From Patellaria atrata CBS 101060 (taxonomy: Eukaryota): DNA of 64,000 nucleotides. The notes beneath the pieces were generated by a model. It was not told where the DNA came from. It did no database searches and saw nothing but the letters and a program-made list of their open reading frames with translations. Both the position numbers and the translations under genes were made by a program. This document shows, in pieces, positions 50,439 through 63,400 of this stretch (its first letter is position 1; the number at the start of each line of letters is the position of its first letter). The DNA lies in assembly GCA_010093705.1 (NCBI GenBank), contig MU006106.1, positions 213,086 through 277,085 of the forward strand, given 5' to 3'.

Positions 50439-53132
50439 TCACTCTTCTTCCACTTCTTCAGCCTCCGCCGCATCAGCATTTCCTTTCGTCGGAGCTCTCG
50501 CCTCCTGCTTTCTCCACAACTCCGCTAAAAAATCACTCGTACTCGCCTCCTCGATCCCCTTATCCTCCCTCTTCCTCAAGAATCTCGGAAACCTCAAACT
50601 CAGTCCTCTTTCCTGACTAACCAGGCCCAGTGCGGCAGTATAAGTAGGCGAAAGTGTGATGTCGGCAAAGAGCATTTCCCATACTTCCTGCGGTTCGAAC
50701 CAGACGTCGGGATGGCCGCCATTGTAGTCAACATACGAGGGCTTGGAGGGGAGGGTATTTTGGGGTTTAATATCCTCTTCCTTTCCCTTGTTCTTGTCCT
50801 TGGTGTCGGAATCAGAGTCAGAGTCGGAATCTTTATCTTCGTCTTCATTATTAATCCCGGGATCATACTTAGCTCGCATCTCCTTATAGAATTTATCCGT
50901 GAATCCACTCATACACTTCGTCACTGCCTCTAGGATGCCCGTCTCTGGATTCCGTACAGCCATCAAAACGGGGCTCCACCACTTACTTTTCCGCCCTTGT
51001 CCGTGCCAGCCCGCTATAGGGATCAGATCCAGCGTGTCGGTAGAGGAGTGGTAATCTTTTTTCACTTTGAGCCAGGACTCCAGACGCTTGTCGGGCTCGT
51101 AGGTTGCTAAGAGCGCTTTGCGGCGGGTTTTAGGGCCGTTGGTGGGGATCTTCGATTTCCCTTTCGTTTTTTGAGGAGTAGGAGGCAACTTTTGAGTGGT
51201 CGAGAGAGCAAAGAGCTCTAGGTTTTCTTCGTCGAGGAGGTCCGGGTTAGGAAGGTTATCTAAAATCTTGACCATGATGCCCTCACACTTGATATCGGTT
51301 GCCTCCTTAAAGAACACAGAGACCTTCTCACCGTCTTCAGAAGTGGCATCTAAGCTCTTCACCCAGGTAAACTGATGTGGTACCTCAAAAAATAGACTCC
51401 TGAGCAAATTCCGTCTTTCTCTGAATGAGCGATCAAGAAGTGACTCTCCGTTCAAGTACATCAGATCGAACGCAAATAGACACACATCTATCTTCACCGT
51501 ACCAATAACCACATCTTTCCTTGCGCGATTAGACAAGGTCTGAAAAGCTTTCAGCTCACCAGTTTCGCGGTCAATGGCAACGACCTCGCCTTCCATGATA
51601 AAGCTACTGACACCCTCGCCTCTGATCTGCGGTACCAGAGCAACCAGGTCCGGGTACTTGTCTGTCATGACTTCTAAATGACGAGAGAAGATGGTTACTT
51701 TGCCTCGATCGTCGCAGTGGACTTGGGCGCGTTGGCCATCATACTTGAACTCGCAACTGAAGTCTCGGCCTTGGAGCTTTGTGAGCATTTCGCCCATGTC
51801 TCGGGTTATACTACCGAGCATAGGACGTAGAGGAATGTGGAGAGCAAGACCGCATCGTAGGAGTAGCTCATCACAGACACCTATCTCGAGGAGAGTAGGG
51901 ACTAAATCGTTGTAGTTTGGTCGACGAGCATAGCAAGCCTTTACAATTTCCTCATTAGGTGAGTATACCTCGTTTAACTGTTCCTTCTTTAATGATGCGA
52001 GTTCCTTCGTAGAACGTATTGAAAATGAAGCGTTTGGAGGCTTAGAGAGAAGAAACGCTCGGGATAGAGCGATAAGCATTGTTGTCTTCACAGCACCAAT
52101 ACGGAGATGCTGTACTAGGGTCCTGACAATATATCTACTTTCTTCCGCACCTCTGGCATCCTGTATTAATCTATCAACAATTCTCTGCTTGATCTCTTGA
52201 CTTCCGGTCCCTTTAGTATTTGCTATCTTTGCTAGAGAGTCGAACACGCTCCTAATGGTGAGCTGCTTTGGCTTTCTTAGTGTAAATGATTGACGTTTCT
52301 TCGCCTCGAAAGCTACGTCCCCCGCATCACCGTACTTATTGTAGAGAGTCCTGAGACCATTGTTGTCAAGACCGCAGACTTTCTTCAGAGCTTTCGATAT
52401 TGCAGATCCTCCTAGGCCCAGCTCAAGATCGATATAAGGCGGAGATATAGAGTTAGTTGCCAACCAGACAGCTGGGAGCAGACTCTCCGGATCTCCTTCT
52501 ATAATAGTTCTGAGAAGGTTGACTAAAGTATCCACAATCTTAATTCTACTCTGCGTACTATTCACTAGGACGAAGCAGCGCGTTAACAGAGCATACGTTG
52601 CATGCCCACTATCAGTAGCCCAATGTTTCTGCAGATCTGGTATATATTTCGAAGGTTCGAAGGTAAGGGGACTCTCGTCAAAGGGTATGATTGTTGATAC
52701 CGTGTCTTCCTCAGCAGCGGTTGACTGTAATGCAAGAGTGCTCTTGATCGGTGCGGATTGCTTCTGCTCCTTGCTATCTAGCAGACAATTATTGGGTTCG
52801 GCGCTCTTCTCAGCATAGATAATATCGTGCGAGTTATATTCTTTCCTAGAGTCCCTCCCATCCTCTGGTTTACCGTTCCGTGGACTCAAGGCTGGTTCGT
52901 TGTTCCATTCCTCCTGTAGCTTCCTCGCTAGCTCCTCGTCCGTCAGAGTTGTGCCTATTATATGCTTAGAATTGGATTTTTTCTCTATTTCCTGCTCATG
53001 CAACTCTTTTTTTACGTTCCTAGTATCTTTCGGCGCAGTGTGCTGCTTCGCGAAGAAGTAGTCTAAGCTCCTGACGGGTTGATTCGAGCCATCGTAATCA
53101 TTTTTCTTCCGTCGCTTTGCAGGGCTACTCAT
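50439..53132 (-). CDS. ATP-dependent DNA ligase I family, 897 aa (probably the second, Adl1-like, fungal paralog)
   Basis: Intronless ORF. Motif I CEFKYDGQRAQVH; also FIMEGEVVA, FAFDLMYLNG, CEGIMVK, WLKVKKDY, SLRFPRFLR.R.DK. Confidence 0.95.
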   Translation of the reverse strand: MSSPAKRRKKNDYDGSNQPVRSLDYFFAKQHTAPKDTRNVKKELHEQEIEKKSNSKHIIGTTLTDEELARKLQEEWNNEPALSPRNGKPEDGRDSRKEYNSHDIIYAEKSAEPNNCLLDSKEQKQSAPIKSTLALQSTAAEEDTVSTIIPFDESPLTFEPSKYIPDLQKHWATDSGHATYALLTRCFVLVNSTQSRIKIVDTLVNLLRTIIEGDPESLLPAVWLATNSISPPYIDLELGLGGSAISKALKKVCGLDNNGLRTLYNKYGDAGDVAFEAKKRQSFTLRKPKQLTIRSVFDSLAKIANTKGTGSQEIKQRIVDRLIQDARGAEESRYIVRTLVQHLRIGAVKTTMLIALSRAFLLSKPPNASFSIRSTKELASLKKEQLNEVYSPNEEIVKACYARRPNYNDLVPTLLEIGVCDELLLRCGLALHIPLRPMLGSITRDMGEMLTKLQGRDFSCEFKYDGQRAQVHCDDRGKVTIFSRHLEVMTDKYPDLVALVPQIRGEGVSSFIMEGEVVAIDRETGELKAFQTLSNRARKDVVIGTVKIDVCLFAFDLMYLNGESLLDRSFRERRNLLRSLFFEVPHQFTWVKSLDATSEDGEKVSVFFKEATDIKCEGIMVKILDNLPNPDLLDEENLELFALSTTQKLPPTPQKTKGKSKIPTNGPKTRRKALLATYEPDKRLESWLKVKKDYHSSTDTLDLIPIAGWHGQGRKSKWWSPVLMAVRNPETGILEAVTKCMSGFTDKFYKEMRAKYDPGINNEDEDKDSDSDSDSDTKDKNKGKEEDIKPQNTLPSKPSYVDYNGGHPDVWFEPQEVWEMLFADITLSPTYTAALGLVSQERGLSLRFPRFLRKREDKGIEEASTSDFLAELWRKQEARAPTKGNADAAEAEEVEEE

Positions 53133-53836
53133 GTCTCGTTATTATGCTAGGGATTTCTGTCGGTGCTTCATTGCGGTGATACTGTACAGTAGCTTATGGA
53201 GTCTCCAGGCCGGGAGTTCTTGATGCCATCATCATGGTTGGAGCTTGGACCATATCCGATATCTTGGCATTAAAATACATATGAGGTGATCTTCAAAGGG
53301 CGTGAATTTTATTTGGTTACTTGCTTAAATGTAAGTAAAATGAAGAATCGATATAATTATTTAGAATCTCCATAAACATTCATAAAGATTCGTGTGCAAT
53401 GTGAAATTTTTAGACAAGATGATAGAAACTTCAGTTTCTGAAAGAGTGAAGGGAAGACGTGAACCAAGTCGCGTTAGGTTGCGCTAACCGTAGACGGCCA
53501 GGGCGTCTCTTCGGATGGACGTTATGTAGACCAGCTATCGTTTAGTTGGGAGGAGAATTTCAAGGTTTCAGTATGAGCACACTAATCTAAAATTCCCTCT
53601 ATAACAATATCAGGTAAATAGGCAAGGCTAAAAGCCGGAAGGAGAAAATAGACCCGTCTTTAAAATAAAACCGGCTCATAAAAGCCCACCGCCCCAGTCA
53701 AACGCCTGTAAATGAAACCGTAAGTTAGTGTCTTGTTAATCCACTGCATCCAATGGTCCAAAATATGTCATCCTAAGTGAAAAGACAGTCCCATCAATCA
53801 GTACTTTCTCCAGTATAAGGTGTTTCCTTCTTTGCT

Positions 53837-55566
53837 CTATCTCCGTTCGCGTCGACCAGCCTCTATGTCCGAACTTCTTGCACTGTCTATGCTCTTCCTT
53901 ACGCTTGAACTACTACTTCTCCTTCTTTGCCTACGTGTCTCATTAGGGTCTAGGGGGCTCAGACCACTAGCCCTCGCGAACAGATTGAGAATATCTGTGA
54001 GAGACACGACGCCAGAAAGATGCCCAGACATACCAGGCATTGCAGCTGCTGATACAGACGGAGAAGGGGTCGCACTGAATGGTGGTGCAGCTGAAGGTGC
54101 GGAATGAGCGTAGGGACTTGGCGGTACCAGAACTGCTGGCGTTGAAACAGGTGTTGCGGGCCCTGAACCTGAAGGTGACGGAGAATCGACAATCCACATT
54201 CTGGATTCGTGTTAGTGGGATATACTTGAATAGTAAAGACTTAGTTCTGCTAACCTGTGAGATCGAGTGGCTACCAATTTACCCACGGTGTGCGCGAGTG
54301 TGGAGAACGTGGAAACATGGAAGACAGGGAAGGAATCCTTCCCATCGTGGACGCCACGTTCCGACAGGATGACAGAAATGAAGTGGATGCAGGACGAACG
54401 AAGGAGTGGGAGAGAAGTCGACTTCGTCAATAACTAAATAAAGATCAGTACGGACCAAGGGATAGCGACACTCGCACTTACTCGAACATCCACAGTAGAA
54501 ATATTCCCAATCACATTGTTCTGATTATCTAGAACAGGGAGGGAGGTGACACCCTCGTTGTTGAGTAACTCAAGAGCATCGGTTAACGGTTTGTCGCCAC
54601 TGTGACTGTCAGTAATGATGTCTCTAAGGTAAGTTTGTGAGAGGATAGAAACTGACTTGATTGCCCAGACTCTGTGAGAGCCAATTTGTAAATCCCGAAG
54701 GGTCTGAGCATAGAGCTCATCGATAACTGGAAAATGTCTTCCATTTTCCCAGAAGAATCGGACTAATCGCAATTGCGAGAGAATTCCTATAGCTTCCGCT
54801 GAGTGCTCTTTCACGATTATTATGCGGTGGACACCACTTCCAAATATTTCAACTGCTTTAGTAAGACTAGCTGTGTGAGGTAATGTGATAAGTGGTTCCT
54901 TTTTGCCTAAGTCTTTGACATCCTTGAGTGGAATCGGTTTTCCTTCTCTTCCTCTTGCTGCGAGCTCATTGAATGATTGTATATGACGCTCATCGGGTTT
55001 GGCCAGACCCACCACGAGCAGAAGGTACGCATTCAGATCACTGTAATCGAAAGTACCAATTGCTGTTTTAGACTCACAAGAGTCTCGAAGAAGGAGAACA
55101 TTCGGTGCGCCAGAGTTAATAAGAATCTATTCAAAGAGTTAGACAGCTTGTAGCCAGTAAGAGAGTGAAATGTTAACCCCACCTCTGTTGCGTCCTCTAC
55201 GCTCATATCCATCTCCGCAAATTTCAATTCAGTTGAATCTATGATCTCCTCTACGTGAATACCACGCCAGTCCCGACCAATAAACCTAGGGTCTTCATCT
55301 TTACTTGCTGGTGGGTTGTTAAGAAGCTCTTGGAGGGCCTGCTGGTTCAAAGATGCCTGCCTTGGAGCATGACGGGGTGATGGAGGTACACCGCGAAGGT
55401 TTTCAGCGTAGCTTTGTCGGTGCCCTATCATAGGACTATTTGGCGTACGAGATAGTGAATCACTGCTTGGGGGAGATCGAGGAAGTGTGTTTGACATATT
55501 TGAGAGATTAGGAATTGGTCTAGCACCAGAGGCTTCTGAGGCCTCAGAAGTAGGCCGTTGGGCCAT
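53837..55566 (-). CDS. SDS23: Sds23/Moc1 CBS-domain protein, about 504 aa
   Basis: Exons 55566-55183, 55126-54657, 54599-54482, 54433-54255, 54200-53837. Motifs [70 protein letters not shown]. Confidence 0.93.
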
Positions 55567-56149
55567 TTTGACTTCCAACAATGGTAGACTAGGTATCTTC
55601 CCCGCGTGTGAAATATCAACACAGGATCATGTATATGATTTAGAATTATTTGGTTGTGGAGAGTTCAAGAATAAGGAGAGCTTGCAGGAGGAAAGTAACA
55701 TCAAGTCATATGTGAAAGTTGGGTACATTTCGGAAGCGCATACCGCCCGCCCGGGGTTGCATAAAGCTTGGACCCTTGGACCCTTAGATGGCCTTATCAG
55801 CAGTTAAAACGCTAGTCTACGAGACAGTCACGTGAGAGCGTGTATAGTTCTTGATGATCGCCAACTCAAACTTCAGCCAAATCTCATCACAAGAATTGCT
55901 AGCGCGTCTTTCAGAGTGCCCGATAATCATAATGGGTTCCAGTCCAGAATTGCCGTCTTTCACCTCCCTTTTCATTCTCTCACCTCTTCCTCAGTTCGAA
56001 CTAAGTCCCTGTCCTATCCTCCTCCCATTATACCGATATCTAATCACACGGTTTCTCAAATAAGCCCATCTTGAGTTCTATTACACCCACAGAGACGATT
56101 GCATATACTGGTACCTCATATCGTAGCTGCTGAGCTTACTCTTCCCGCA

Positions 56150-56829
56150 ATGCTACCTGCGAAACGTCCACGCGCAGCCATCATCATCGACCTGACAGTC
56201 TCCAGTGTCCCTAACCACGATCTGGGGGAAGCGATCACCGGCCTGAATGGAGCTGTTCTCCGTAAGCTGGTCGCTGAAATTGCTGCCGTGGATCCCGGCA
56301 TCGCTACTGAAGTACGTGTTCTATACGACGAAAGGATCAAAGCTCGGCAACAGAAGATCTTAGACTTCGACTACTACTCTAAGAGAATCTGGCACAGGAT
56401 GAGTATGATGAGGATGAGTATGATGAGGATGAGTATGATGAGGATGAGGAATATTTCGTGTCAAAACAGTATAAACTTAGTACTGAAATCTGTCATGAGA
56501 TTCAGCAAGCTATCGAAACAATGCGCAGGTTCGAAAACATCTTTTGGCATTAAGAAGAGTTCTTTAGAGACCCTAAGAAAAATTGGAAAGACGATTGCCC
56601 TCACGGGAGACGAAGTGATACAGGAGAGGTTCAGATGCTCGTCTCCGCTTGAGGAAGCAATGCTGAATATCCTTGATGGGATGAACAGTAGCGAGATAGA
56701 GACGATGAAAAAAAGGATTGATAGAGGCTTGACGTTTACTGAGCAGCTGGAGGAGTTGGTTGAGGTAGCTGACAGGATCTATTCTTTCGCATAGGAGAGG
56801 TGCTAGAATTTCTAGACGCGGAAGAGTAG
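56150..56829 (+). pseudogene. Hypothetical fungal gene with apparent internal frameshifts (possible pseudogene)
   Basis: Protein-like blocks DFDYYSK.IW and SFG.K.S.LETLRKIGKTI flank an odd MSMMR repeat, while the -1 frame there reads EYDED..SKQYKLSTEICHEIQQAIET. The C-terminus continues in another frame (IGEVLEFLDAEE*). Confidence 0.55.
56397..56449. repeat. 15-bp tandem repeat (GATGAGTATGATGAG), 3+ copies
   Basis: Read directly from the sequence. Confidence 0.9.
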
Positions 56830-57246
56830 GAATTAGGGGCCTTCTATTCCGATTGGTATTCATCAGATGCTGTGGTACATCACCTTCTAGTTGTGACGTT
56901 ATGTACTATATGAATAAATTGTCGTTGAGTTTGTCATGTTTAATTGTTCTATACAGCTCGTGAAGTTTGTACAGCGAAGCCGAATTCACTATTACGGCTG
57001 TCTGTATAGCGACTCAGGTGTGTCAGATGCGTCAGATGTGTTATGATAGGGTGAATACGACAGTGGAAAAGTGCGGTATCAGCCAAACTCGGTCTGCAAT
57101 TACACCGATATGTAGGTCGCATTAGGTATGAGCGATTGTTGAGGTTTTCATAGCAATTATTAAGCGTACGGTAACGATAGAAATCTCGTCCTTGAATGGA
57201 CTGTGTCTCGTCGGACGTTTTGCAAGTATTTTTATGTATTTCTGTA

Positions 57247-57310
57247 AACTAACTACAGGTAGTTCTATGTGCTTGGAAAACTAACTACAGGTAGTTCTAT
57301 GTGCTTGGAA
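57247..57310. repeat. Perfect 32-bp tandem duplication upstream of APC1
   Basis: aactaactacaggtagttctatgtgcttggaa at 57247-57278 and again at 57279-57310. Confidence 0.97.
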
Positions 57311-57462
57311 GAACACACCCCGCGACGCGACATTATTTCTTCGCGACTTCCCGAGTTCCAACTACACAGTTACAATATCCCACCCGATGCTACACCGCAC
57401 GAGTCCATTTGTTTAGAAATGCGTAGAACGACTTTGCAGGATATATCCCACCTTCCCATGAT

Positions 57463-60400
57463 ATGGCGTCCATCCATTCGCTAGGAGTGCACGTTCCGGC
57501 TGCCGTCGCCTATCTCGTCGCAGAGTCTATCCTACCTGAAGATCACACACCCGAGCAATACACCTGGAAGACATACAATCATAATGGAGAAGATGACATT
57601 GCGGAGGAAGAGGTTGTTGCAACCGACTATTGCGTGGTGTGGTCAAGGGGAGGGGTTGTTCGAAAGGTCTTCAGATTTGACATCGAGGGCCAGAAAGTTC
57701 AACAGGCCGTATTGACCTGGTTTTCTCTCGATGATAGATCTAGAAAAGGCGGCCAGAGCGTAGTCACTTTCTCACAAAATACTTTATTACAAAATGGTCC
57801 AAACGGACCAGAGAAGGGAATAGCAGGATCCCAGGCGTCCGACAAACAGTCTACCCAAAAGCGCTCCAGAACCTTGGTAGTATTCCTAAAGTTTCAGGCA
57901 CATGTCTTTGATCTATCCGGCTCGACATATGTTGTTAATCTTCCATTCGAGGTGGAAAAGGCTTTCCCAGCTCCTCGAGGTCTTATTCTCCAGAGGAAGC
58001 TTCCGGAATCTGAAAATATACCTCCAACCCCTGTTATCCCATCGGCACCACACAATTCCTTCTTCTCTTCTCAGTTGTTCAATCAATCTCAATCTCAGCC
58101 ACGTTATCGGATGAAGGGCTCTTTCGATGCTCGAAGTTCGAAAGGACATAGAAGGACTTCAATAACAGGCTTATTTCTGGAAGATATTAAATCAACTGTT
58201 TCCACTCCAAACGATGCCCTACCACGCCTCTTTTCGTTTACAGATCCTCTGGCTGAGATGGGACTTGTTGTATGCGGTCCTTCAGCTCCCGGACTGAGTT
58301 CTTCTCTATCAGGTTCTACGTCAAATTCTAGAAGATTAGAAGCTATCGATAAGAATGAAGAGCTGTTATATGTCTCCGCAAATGATGAGAAAGCTGTTGT
58401 TCAAGCAAATCATGATAGGCCGTTGATTGTGATCGTAACAGTGAATCATCAGACTGGAATGTACAATATATGGCACGCATCATACATTCTATCCGAACCA
58501 GTTTCAGGCCACCAGAATGTAGGCGCGTCAGTAGGTAATAGAACAAGGAGACGAAGCTCGTATGGCCCTGCAACCGGCGTTACGACACCCTCCGTTAGGA
58601 ACAGAGAACGCGAAAGTTTTGGCGGAGCAGGCGCCCGAAGCAAAACCGTCCCAGCTTCATTTGCTTCACAAGCTAGTCAAAGTCGTAAGACGTCTGGGTC
58701 GCAAGCCACGCAAACAGCAGAGGATGTGCTGGCTTCGCAACTCGATCCTGATTTTGATATGGCAAGAGGACCTGCGAAAGAATCAAGGCGTGTGAGCTCG
58801 CTACTATCCAGAGCAGATCTTTCTACAAGCTATGACAGGTCAGCATTTCAAGACCTGGCAACTCATCAGACCAGCTTTGGGGGTAGTCTTGGGCTGCAGG
58901 GTCGGAGAGGACACTCTTTCGGTACTCAAGGCGATCGTACTAGCTTCGGAGCAGGATTCCAACGACGAATTCGCGAGTCAACTCCTGGTAGCTTCTCTAG
59001 ACTTAGCTTAGGTGGTGCATCCGTGGACGAGACAATGGAAGACTCACTGCTGCTTGAGGACGAGGGCTTGATAGGAGATGACATCATCGAAGACTATAAC
59101 GATATAAAGTGCCATGGCTTTCACGAACCTTTGGACGGGTTGAAGAAAGAGCTAGTTGTCGTCAAGATTTGCGAAATCCCTGTCAGTGACCATAATACGG
59201 CCCCAGTGCGTATTTTCCAAGCCGGTGCAGATACCATCACGGTAAGTTCCTTGGGAGAATATTTTGATATAGTATAACTGATTAGCGTCTATAGCAAAGA
59301 GACGACGCGCACGTCTTTACGTTGATTTCGCCGCAGAGTCGAGCTGATGGTGATCGATCGAGGCATCTTATGTTTGTTCATATAGTTAATAGAGATAGTA
59401 GGGAGCATATAGAGATCTGTCTGAGAGTTCGCCGATGCCGTCTACTTTCCAAAGTTCATCCTAGCCTATCTTTGCCGAAAGGTGCATCAGTCAAATACGC
59501 GCTAGTACCTTCTTTTCAGGACCTAAAGCGACATCAAGACCGTCTAGATGCTCTTAAGGTCTCTGATGGAAATGTGTCCAAGATAGTATATTTATGCGAA
59601 GATGCACAAGGAAAATCGGTGGTCTCCTTTCCAGCTGGATGGATGTTATCCCCCTTTTCAAGGTTCACAATTAGACAGTTGAAACTTTTCAATCCTTACT
59701 CTTTAACATCGGTGTCTATCTCCACGAGAAAATCGACTGGGCTCCGGAGAATACTAAGCGTACCTTCTAATCTATCTCATCTAGTGCATCCGGACGCTCG
59801 GGGCGCATTTGATGTCGCTGATAGCGGCGGTCGCTTACATAGGCTTCAAGTGCAACTGAGTCCTCACGACGAATTTGTCATGCAGTGTCTAGAAGTTTGT
59901 CGACTTGTGATGCCAACCAAAGATGGCGATTTTCTTCTATCTCTGTGGTGGATTGCACTCGACAAATTGAAAGAGAAGGATGTTCAATTTTTGGAATGGC
60001 AGGCATTTGTAGTCACGCTTTTCAGCATGATCATTGAGTTTGTCAGTACAAAACCAAACCAACTTACTGATGCTGCTCAATCTTCTGGAGTAAAACCGGG
60101 GCGTACAGGTCCAAAGAAGCTTGCACCTGCGAATACGAAATTCACGGCATGGGACATAATGTGGGCGAGAGGATCACCTACCTGTATCCCGCACAAGTCT
60201 TACTCCTCCCCCTGGAACTGGACTGAACATTCCCTAGCTGCAAGGAGAAAAAGCATTGCGACACCGCGGTCTCGTCGTACAGCGGTAACTTCTGAGGACT
60301 TAACTCAATTAACTAGGAAGAGTTACTTCATTCCCGAGTGTATCGAGGCGGCGAAGGGATTACTATCAACTACACAAGGCCAAGCGATTCTAAAAGAATG

Positions 60401-63400
60401 GAAGGATGCTACGCGAGGTTTCAGAGCTACGGTCAAGGGGCCCCATATTCTTTTACCTCGTATGATTCTAGCTCTTCATTTACTTAGAGAAGAATATAAG
60501 CTCGATCGTACTTGCAGAAACTCGAATTGTTATTCTGCTAGAAACCTTGCTCCCGTGCTGGCCCAATTAGGGCACTGGTTCCAGTGGGAGTTCTGGACTT
60601 GGCGGACTGGCGAATATTATGCACTTGATGGGGGTGGCATTGATATATGGGTCTTTGAGAATTGTAAGTGCTTTAGATGCCTCATCCTTAATGTCTAGCT
60701 GATTTTTGAAGCAACGTTGGGTGGTATCCAAGTACTCTCGCCTCCATGGGAAAAGCCACCATCTGTGTTCGAATGGATCGAGAAAACATTCCTTTCGGAA
60801 ATCTATCATCCATATCCGACACTTGACCAACTAATACCAGATGGAACCACTTCTCAAAAGTCAGACGGCCTCCCGAGAGGTGACGCAACGACATACGTAT
60901 CAAACCTTACACCACGATCTGCAGCAATTTCTAAATACTTCGCAAGACAATCGACTTCACAAGCATCTCCAACGACTTGTGTTGAGCTTATGGCGGACTG
61001 CGGGATAACTAATGTAATGTTAGAGACATTTCCACAATCGATCAAAGCACCATTCCGTGAAGCTATTGTCCGATGTCAAGCCAGTCCACCAACCACTTGG
61101 AACTCAAAGTTGTTGAGGTTAGTGGGTAGAGATGATTTAGATATTGCGGCTACGCAAAATAAAGAGATGTTACCAGATGTCTCATCAACGTCCGTAAGTA
61201 CAATCAAGCTCCCTTAAAGAGCTAGTTACTAATGCTCATCAACCAAGTCTGGTAACTTTGCAGGGCTACGAGACATTCATTCAATATGCCAGTCATCGGA
61301 GCATCCGGACCCCCTATCTTCGACACCGGAAGCGGATAGATTTTCAATCACTCGTCTTATCTTCAGTGAAGATCGTCGGTTTATGGAAGCCGCTAGGTTA
61401 CTAGAGCCTTTACGCCCGGCTGTCGCAGAATGTATCCCGGATCGTACATGGTCAGACACGGATTACCTTGAACACCAGAGAAGACTGATGGATTGGGTTA
61501 TGATCCGTACATATTCGCTCCCTTCTGGACAGTCCATGCTTTATTTTGATAGTAGACGGCCCTTGTTGACTGAGAAATTTCCCCTGCACGGATTCAGCTT
61601 GTCATGTGTGATGAAACCAATGAATAACACGGTTACTGCGGATAGAAATAATTTTACCGAAGAGAGAGTAGCTTGGGCATTTTTCCACGCTGGGGTATCT
61701 CATGGACTCAGCATATCTCGGCATGCCGAAGGCATAGATACCTCTTGGATTGTTTTTAATAAACCAGGCGATCTAACGCATAAACACGCTGGTCTTCTTC
61801 TGGCACTAGGATTGAATGGCCACCTTAGATCCATTGCTAAATGGCTCTCCTTCAAGTACCTGACGCCTAAGCACACCTTCACATCGATAGCATTACTTCT
61901 TGGTCTTTCTGCCTCCTACCTTGGAACGATGGACATGTTAGTGACTAGGTTATTGTCCGTTCATGTTACCCGCCTCTTACCCCCGGGTGCTGCGGAGCTC
62001 AACTTGTCGCCCATGACGCAAACAACTGGCCTTATGGGAATAGGACTCTTATACTACAATACACAGCATCGGCGCATGAGTGAGGTGATGCTGTCCGAGA
62101 TCGAACACATCGACTATGAAGACCCTGCGGATTCTCTAGATGATCTTCGGGATGAAGGATACCGGTTAGCGGCCGGCTTTGCTCTTGGGTTTATTAATCT
62201 CGGCAAAGGTTCCGATCTGAGAGGCCTCCATGATATGCACATCATCGAACGTCTCTTATCCGTTGCAGTGGGGCCAAAAGCTGTGGATCTTGTCCATGTA
62301 CTCGACCAAGCTACTGCCGGCGCAACCATAGCGATCGCTCTCATCTTTATGAAAACCCATAATGAAGCAGTAGCGCGTAAGATCGACATTCCTGATACTT
62401 TACCTCAATTCGACTATGTCCGACCAGACATCTTTCTCTTACGAACATTAGCTAAGCATTTGATTTTGTGGAACTCAATACAGGCGGATCATGAATGGAT
62501 TGTAAAGAATTTGCCGACAGGGTATAGAGATCAGTGCACATTGTCGCGTATCAAGGCTCTCCGCAGCGAACATCTTCCTTTCTACAATATAATTGCTGGC
62601 CTACTCTGGAGTGTCGGGCTTCGCTTTGCAGGGAGCGGTGACACCGCTGTTCGAGATTTCTTGGTCCAGTATCTCGATCAATTCATTCGGCTTTGTCACC
62701 TACCCGCGCAAAGATATGATGCAAAGTTAACCCGAAACACCGTCCGTAACTGCCAGGATCTAGTAGCTCTATCTGCTTCAACAGTCATGGCTGGAACGGG
62801 AGATATCGAGATATTCAGAAGGCTACGACTTCTCCATGGCAGGATCAACCCCGAAACACCTTATGGCTCTCATTTTGCCGCCCATGTTGCACTAGGTTTG
62901 CTATTCCTGGGCGCTGGTAGTTATACTATCGGTACAAGCGACCTGGCCGTTGCAGCCTTAGTCTGCGCTTTCTACCCAATCTTCCCGACCGACATAAACG
63001 ATAATAAAGCTCACCTCCAAGCGTTTCGTCATTTTTGGGTCCTAGCCACGGAGCCCCGCTGCATAATTGCTCGCGATGTCGACACCCATCGCGCCGTCGC
63101 TCTGTCCGTTCTTGTTACCCTCAAAGATGGAACAGAGAAGCCAGCGACGGCTCCTTGCCTTCTCCCGAGTCTGGACACCATCGCGAGGATCAAAACAGTA
63201 GGCCCAGAGTACTGGCAAGTTACGCTTGATTTCGAAAACAACCCCGAGCATGTCGCATCATTCAAGTGGAACCAAACCATCCACGTTCGGCGCCGCCCAC
63301 CTCATGATGCCCACAGGGATACATTCAGCGCCACTCTCGTTGCTCTCAATGATGCTCAATCCTCGCACGCAGCCCGCATCATGTGGGATTGGATCTTCGC

